64,000 nt of DNA from IMG/VR virus record IMGVR_UViG_3300011008_000002; one strand, written 5' to 3'. The DNA is from a virus. Lineage: Duplodnaviria; Caudoviricetes. Every line of letters starts with the position of its first letter. Position 1 is the first letter of the stretch. The notes beneath the pieces were generated by a model. It saw only the letters and a program-made list of their open reading frames with translations. It was not told the DNA's origin and made no database searches. The position numbers and the translations under genes were made by a program. This document shows, one piece after another, positions 58,911-64,000 of this stretch.

Positions 58911-60746
58911 ATGGCTAAGGAAAGTGTTTTCTCTACACCAAGAACTGAAAACCTGACAGCTAGTCAGATGTTAGAGAACTTTATCAATAAGAGAAACAAT
59001 CAGCGAAATAACTTAAAGGCTATCGCAGAGGCGCAAAAAGCATCTGAAATCGACCCTGATTTCACAGCTACATTGGAAGCTGCTTCAGTTGAAGCTGATA
59101 AGAAGGCTAGAGCTGAAACCGCCATGGAAAATGCGGAATATAAACAGGGTGCAAAGAATATCGCCCTGAATAAATTCGGGCTTCGTTCTCAGATGATACA
59201 GGAGGCTACAGATTACATCACCGGAAAGGTCTTAGGAGAACTTATTTACGAGTGCTACTGGCTTGACGATGAACTTAAGGAAACCACTGCCGATCAAATT
59301 ACTGATAACATCGAGAATGTGCTTGGATACGTTGAAGAGAATTTCCCCTCAGCAAAAGTATCTGAACGTAACATGAACCCGATGACAAAAAATATCTTCA
59401 ATGCAATAAAAGAAACTGCGGATGCAGCAGTAAACCGCATTGTGAAAGAATGTGACGAGGATTGTACAGTTTATCCTGAATTCAATCTCACTGATGCGGA
59501 AGAAGATGAACTTGATAACAAGCTTGTCGATCTTGGGAAAGATGACATCATTGACCTTGTTAAAGAAAAGGTTGCTGCCGTTGTTCAGGATGAAAAGAGG
59601 CGTGGTGAGGAAAAATCCAACCTCTTTAAGGAAATTGATGAACTCTCTTCCGAAGGAGAAGAAGGAGAAACTGAGGAAGGTGAAACCGAGGATGGAGAAG
59701 AAACTGATGAATCACTTTTAGCATCCATCAAAAACACTACGCCAACGACGGAGGCAGTTGAAGTTCCTGTAACCAAGTATAGGTACAACGTAAATTCTTC
59801 TTCGTATACTGCAAACGAAAGGTACATGGCAAGCGTGATAGAGTCTGACCAACACGTACAGCTCTTCAATGACCCTACATGGGGTGAGTTCAAGGCATAT
59901 GTATCCTTACAGTGCAAACAGATAAGAGATGTACTTGATAGAGCCGGTGTATCAAAGAATGCAGCGGATTATAAAAACTCTATTTGCCTAATTGAAGATT
60001 TGGAAAAGAGACTGGTTGGTGTTCCTGAGACAGTTACATCGGAAGTAAAGCAGTATATCATGGCTATGGTGAACATCATATACGCCTCTGTATCTACCGA
60101 TGACGTTGTAATATGTCGATTTGGAAATCCTATGGGTGCTCCTGATATACAGTCATCTAGTCCTTCAATTGACTATACTACAATCAGTTGGATGGACTTG
60201 TTTGCCAATATAAAGACCAACCTTGCTTCTATCAAGAACTACTGCAATGATAAAGCTAATGCAGAGGTCATTGACGATGACACCCTGAATGATTCTGATT
60301 GTCCTGTAACGGGAAAGGATTCTCTTGCTCAAAAGGTAGCACAGGCTCAGACACGTATCCTTACGAAAAATTTGGGTGGTAGTCTGTTTGAAGCTATGAT
60401 GATAGGAGCAATTAAAACTATCTCGTCGGCAACTATGGAATCCAGTTCCAAATATAACGATGAAGATGTTGACAATGCAGCTTTGGTAGAATCTCTCCTG
60501 AACTATACTATACTTGAGACACTTGATACCATTGGTATGTATAAGTTCAGGGCTAACGATATCAATGCAATGATGCGGAACTTTATGTATCCCACCCTCG
60601 AAAATCTTGGTGATAGTAACAATAGTATCCTTGGTCATGGGAAGGATAAGAAAGGTCTTAAGAAAATCCGTATCAACACCAAAAAGTTGAAACAGAAGAA
60701 AAACATCATGGCTAGTTCCATATCTACATTCAAGAAAGACAAATAA
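58911..60746 (+). CDS. putative virion head protein
   Basis: ACAA-N5-TAA at 58872-58883; multiple TLEA/AMEN/VIES/TMES sites. Confidence 0.5.
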   Translation: MAKESVFSTPRTENLTASQMLENFINKRNNQRNNLKAIAEAQKASEIDPDFTATLEAASVEADKKARAETAMENAEYKQGAKNIALNKFGLRSQMIQEATDYITGKVLGELIYECYWLDDELKETTADQITDNIENVLGYVEENFPSAKVSERNMNPMTKNIFNAIKETADAAVNRIVKECDEDCTVYPEFNLTDAEEDELDNKLVDLGKDDIIDLVKEKVAAVVQDEKRRGEEKSNLFKEIDELSSEGEEGETEEGETEDGEETDESLLASIKNTTPTTEAVEVPVTKYRYNVNSSSYTANERYMASVIESDQHVQLFNDPTWGEFKAYVSLQCKQIRDVLDRAGVSKNAADYKNSICLIEDLEKRLVGVPETVTSEVKQYIMAMVNIIYASVSTDDVVICRFGNPMGAPDIQSSSPSIDYTTISWMDLFANIKTNLASIKNYCNDKANAEVIDDDTLNDSDCPVTGKDSLAQKVAQAQTRILTKNLGGSLFEAMMIGAIKTISSATMESSSKYNDEDVDNAALVESLLNYTILETLDTIGMYKFRANDINAMMRNFMYPTLENLGDSNNSILGHGKDKKGLKKIRINTKKLKQKKNIMASSISTFKKDK

Positions 60747-60814
60747 TAGAATTGCCCATATTTCGTTCAAATGAGATATGGGCAATTTGTATTAAAATAA
60801 AGGAGGTGATATAA

Positions 60815-61963
60815 ATGTCATTAATGAGTTCCGTAATGGAAACTTATGTAGGTAAGCCAAAAGAATTGGTAAAATGTGAAGGTTATTTTAGGGAAATAAT
60901 TGATATAATCAATAATAGTCAGACCGCTGATTTATCTGTTAATAGAGTGAACCGACTAAGCAAGCCCCATAAACAACTTGAACAAACTTTGGAAGACTTC
61001 TTAAAAGTCGGTGATATTGCTATTTATTGGTTAAATGGTAATGTCAATGCATTCACAATCCCAGCATCAAGTCTAACAATAGCTCAACGTAGGGCAAATG
61101 GTGATTTCAGTAAAGCAAAATTCCACATCGCACTATATGAAAATTTAGTATACGATGCGGGATTAAACGAAGGTGAATTGATGGCTGTTCTTCTACATGA
61201 ATTGGGTCATTGTTTCTATACAAGTTCTTGTATGGTTAGTGGAGAAATATTAGCGACCATACTAGATCCGATTAGTGTATTACTTGCATTCGTTGGTCAA
61301 GGAGTATTAAAAATCAGCAACAATATCGTTGACCAAATGAAACGGAGTGTACCAGGTCTGTATAATATAATAACTAAGATTAATCATATTAGTCTTCAGT
61401 TCAATTATATTCTGAACTACTTGGTTTTCATACCGGATTTGAAAAGTACAATTAAGGGTTTTATACAGAATATACGTAACCCTTATTTCTTATTTGGTAA
61501 GTATGGTAATGAGCGTGGAGCCGATTCATTCGCAACAAAATATGGTTATGGTGGAGAATTGATAAGTGCTCTAAAGAAGCTAAGCAGACCTGAAAATGTT
61601 GCTGCTGTACAGACATTGAATAAGATGGGTGGATTTGGTGACTTCATGTTAGATTACCATGAGCTATTGGTTGAACTATATGGAATGATAACTATAGACC
61701 CACATCCGAATAGTGATGTACGTGCACGATCAATGATACAGAAACTGAAGAGAGATCTTAACACGGGGGATTATCCACCAGAGCTTAAGAAAGACCTAGA
61801 AAAAGAAATAGCGAGACTTGAGCAGATATACTCAACTATCAATGACAACAAGAGTAATATTGAAATTAAGAAGGGTTGGTATAATATGGTGAATTGTCTG
61901 CTAAACGGTCACAGTAATCTTCAGGAAATATTCAATGCTTATTATGAGCAAAATGAATTTTGA
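60815..61963 (+). CDS. M48-like zinc metallopeptidase
   Basis: NAF, ELMAVLLHELGH, ERGADSFA...L.SALKKL, HP....R. Confidence 0.75.
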   Translation: MSLMSSVMETYVGKPKELVKCEGYFREIIDIINNSQTADLSVNRVNRLSKPHKQLEQTLEDFLKVGDIAIYWLNGNVNAFTIPASSLTIAQRRANGDFSKAKFHIALYENLVYDAGLNEGELMAVLLHELGHCFYTSSCMVSGEILATILDPISVLLAFVGQGVLKISNNIVDQMKRSVPGLYNIITKINHISLQFNYILNYLVFIPDLKSTIKGFIQNIRNPYFLFGKYGNERGADSFATKYGYGGELISALKKLSRPENVAAVQTLNKMGGFGDFMLDYHELLVELYGMITIDPHPNSDVRARSMIQKLKRDLNTGDYPPELKKDLEKEIARLEQIYSTINDNKSNIEIKKGWYNMVNCLLNGHSNLQEIFNAYYEQNEF

Positions 61964-61983
61964 TTTAAGCACCAACAAAAAAG

Positions 61984-62158
61984 TAATTGGGAGGGTCACC
62001 AATTATAATGATACAAAATCGTAATTCAAAACAACGGAAGAAGAACAAGCGCGTTGCTCAATTCCCGTACATATTGAATATGGATTTTGTATCATCTATT
62101 TTTGCGATAAGTGAATAAGAACTTGTAGACATTAAAATCTACAAGTTCTTATTCTTGT
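61984..62158 (+). ncRNA. candidate small structured RNA (or mRNA for a 36-aa peptide, 62008-62118)
   Basis: ACAA-N5-TAA at 61975-61986; 13-bp stem ATGATACAAAATC/GATTTTGTATCAT; terminator hairpin 62113-62154. Confidence 0.4.
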
Positions 62159-62159
62159 C

Positions 62160-62411
62160 TCATGAGAAAATAAGCATATCCGCTTTGCATATACATTTAA
62201 CCTCGTATTTGCCCTTAATAGACGCGGCAATCCTTTTCGCAAGATATTCATCACGGTTTTTCCGTACGATGACTGTATTCGGGGTCTCGGCAATGTTGGT
62301 GATATCAACACCTAACGGCTCACCCATCAGATCATCAATAATCTGACTTGCATTAAAAGGTAATTTGCTCGCAGTGTTAGCGTTATCATACGCTGTACAA
62401 AGGTTGTTCAT
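62160..62411 (-). CDS. hypothetical protein
   Basis: AAGGGAG RBS; 83 aa. Confidence 0.55.
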   Translation of the reverse strand: MNNLCTAYDNANTASKLPFNASQIIDDLMGEPLGVDITNIAETPNTVIVRKNRDEYLAKRIAASIKGKYEVKCICKADMLIFS

Positions 62412-62430
62412 CGGACGTTTTCTCCCTTCA

Positions 62431-63105
62431 TTAAATAATATAATCTAAACCCTCTACTACTTTAGGGTTTTCCTTGAATGATTTGCGACCTTCCACCGTA
62501 CGTTTATTGTATTTACAATCGTAAACAGTCATGAACTTTACACTTACCTCAATCCTAGGTAATACTGAGTAAAACTTCTCAACTTCCCCTTTGAAAACGA
62601 CGCTGTCATTACTCACTAATACTTTCTGTACCATATCGCTATAGGTTTTTCCAAGATTATCCCAGTCAGGAGCATTGATATTATGGATTACACCGAGCTC
62701 AGCAGCAACCTTTTCTTCAACACTCATATTCGCTGGCGTTTTTATATATGCTTTGGTACTAAAAATACATGGAGTTGAAATAACAGCATTCATTTCAGAA
62801 TGTTGATTTACAAAGTTCTCAAATATTTGAGCGTTCATTTTTGCACCACTTACATAGAATACAAACGTATTACGTGATAATTTTGGTCGCGGTGTTGGTT
62901 TTGGAGTCATATAAAAAATATAATTGACTTCATTCCATTGTACTTTTGTTAGCTCTTGTATTTTATTTAATAAATCTATCAGATGTTCTTCTTTGAAACC
63001 GACTTCTTGGTATAACCAAGCAAGACGTTCCTTGTAATCTTTTGGTATATGTCCATAGCTTGCATGATAGTCCAATGCAGCCTGTATACCATTCGATTTT
63101 GACAT
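62431..63105 (-). CDS. RusA-like Holliday junction resolvase
   Basis: PRP, PDWDNLGKTYSD, NDS.V, K.Y...PRIEV motifs; AGAGG RBS before ATG 63105. Confidence 0.8.
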   Translation of the reverse strand: MSKSNGIQAALDYHASYGHIPKDYKERLAWLYQEVGFKEEHLIDLLNKIQELTKVQWNEVNYIFYMTPKPTPRPKLSRNTFVFYVSGAKMNAQIFENFVNQHSEMNAVISTPCIFSTKAYIKTPANMSVEEKVAAELGVIHNINAPDWDNLGKTYSDMVQKVLVSNDSVVFKGEVEKFYSVLPRIEVSVKFMTVYDCKYNKRTVEGRKSFKENPKVVEGLDYII

Positions 63106-63121
63106 ATAATCACCTCTCTTA

Positions 63122-64000
63122 TTAGAAAATATCAAAGAGACCTTGTATTTTATTCTTTACCCATTGCTGCCATTCATATGGCTTTGAAGTGAAACGATCA
63201 GTGATGTTATTTGCTATAATGGTGGCCCAAATTTCTATCTTTTGAGTAAGTTCCTGATTGGTGAGGTCAACTCCGCAGTTTACCATAAGGTATTCCAACA
63301 TTCCAGAACTTAAAAATACCTCAGGCTTCTCGTAAGGCTTAGCAGGTATTGCTAATGTAGAGTATAGATCCTTCACGGAGAGATTTACTTTAACTTCGTT
63401 AGGAAGCCCACCAACGTTCCAAGAACTATCTGCTCCTTTATCCATAGAAAGGCTATCAATAATACCCATTTCACAGTTAAACCATCCCGGAGCATGACAC
63501 CTTATCAAATACGGAGAACGATATGTATTAGCTGATACCTGTTGAGGTAACGCTAATCCTAATAGGTGCATCATCGGCACCCCTACATTGAGAAACCATG
63601 ATTCAGGGCACCCATATGGAGTTGATAATGTAATACTAAACGAATAATTCTTACTATATTCTGAATTAGACCATATCTCTGGTATCATAAAGTTACCACC
63701 AGATATAATCTGCTTTGCTCCACTAGATATACGACTTAATACTGTACCGAGGGGACCCGCATAATCTGAAACCGTCTTTTGTATAAATTCATCTGCTGAA
63801 GAACTCATACTATTGGTAAGTTCATTTATATTCACTCCTGCCATACCTGAGACAAACTCAAGTTCTTTAGCCATACCTTCAAGAGAATCTGTGAATTGAT
63901 TTAGTACCGATGTAGTAGTGGAATTACTAACTGATTCACTAAACGATACATTACTATCAACAAAAAATCGTATCCATTCTGTGTCATCCATTGCCGCTTT
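63122..64000 (-). CDS. C-terminal part of a putative tail/baseplate protein, probably truncated by the window
   Basis: PEIW..S.YS..YSF.I.L and G.IDSLS pattern of tube-fold structural proteins. Confidence 0.45.
   Translation of the reverse strand, partial: KAAMDDTEWIRFFVDSNVSFSESVSNSTTTSVLNQFTDSLEGMAKELEFVSGMAGVNINELTNSMSSSADEFIQKTVSDYAGPLGTVLSRISSGAKQIISGGNFMIPEIWSNSEYSKNYSFSITLSTPYGCPESWFLNVGVPMMHLLGLALPQQVSANTYRSPYLIRCHAPGWFNCEMGIIDSLSMDKGADSSWNVGGLPNEVKVNLSVKDLYSTLAIPAKPYEKPEVFLSSGMLEYLMVNCGVDLTNQELTQKIEIWATIIANNITDRFTSKPYEWQQWVKNKIQGLFDIF

Noticed and set aside
1-64000. CRISPR arrays, tRNA/rRNA genes, transposases, inteins, reverse transcriptases
   Set aside because: No regularly spaced repeats, cloverleafs or diagnostic motifs were seen by eye; a tRNAscan/Infernal run would be needed to exclude them fully
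1-64000. Stop-codon reassignment
   Set aside because: Long genes are intact under code 11, and TAA, TAG and TGA all end genes

Overview
This 64-kb window is a fragment of an AT-rich jumbo bacteriophage genome of the phiKZ/AR9(PBS1)-like type. It uses the standard genetic code, and its strong GGAGG ribosome-binding sites suggest a Bacillota host. It encodes three split beta'-like RNA polymerase subunits; two carry separate catalytic DxDGD motifs, implying distinct virion and non-virion RNAPs. Other genes include baseplate/tail and internal-head proteins, nucleotide and DNA enzymes, a Ser/Thr kinase-like protein, a GH73 hydrolase and an M48-like peptidase. The most notable observations are: (1) a 1571-aa late polyprotein of about 8 domains, with a head-protease-type x-x-E|S/A/G site in nearly every linker; (2) a ~500-nt highly structured minus-strand ncRNA directly behind a minimal PolB-like gene; (3) several ORF-poor short transcripts bracketed by a late promoter and a terminator; (4) a readable two-class promoter system (ACAA-N5-TAA late; a 38-bp repeat ending ATATTAA early); (5) a probable -1 frameshift in a tail-chaperone gene. 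All protein assignments come from motif recognition by eye; no database searches were run.
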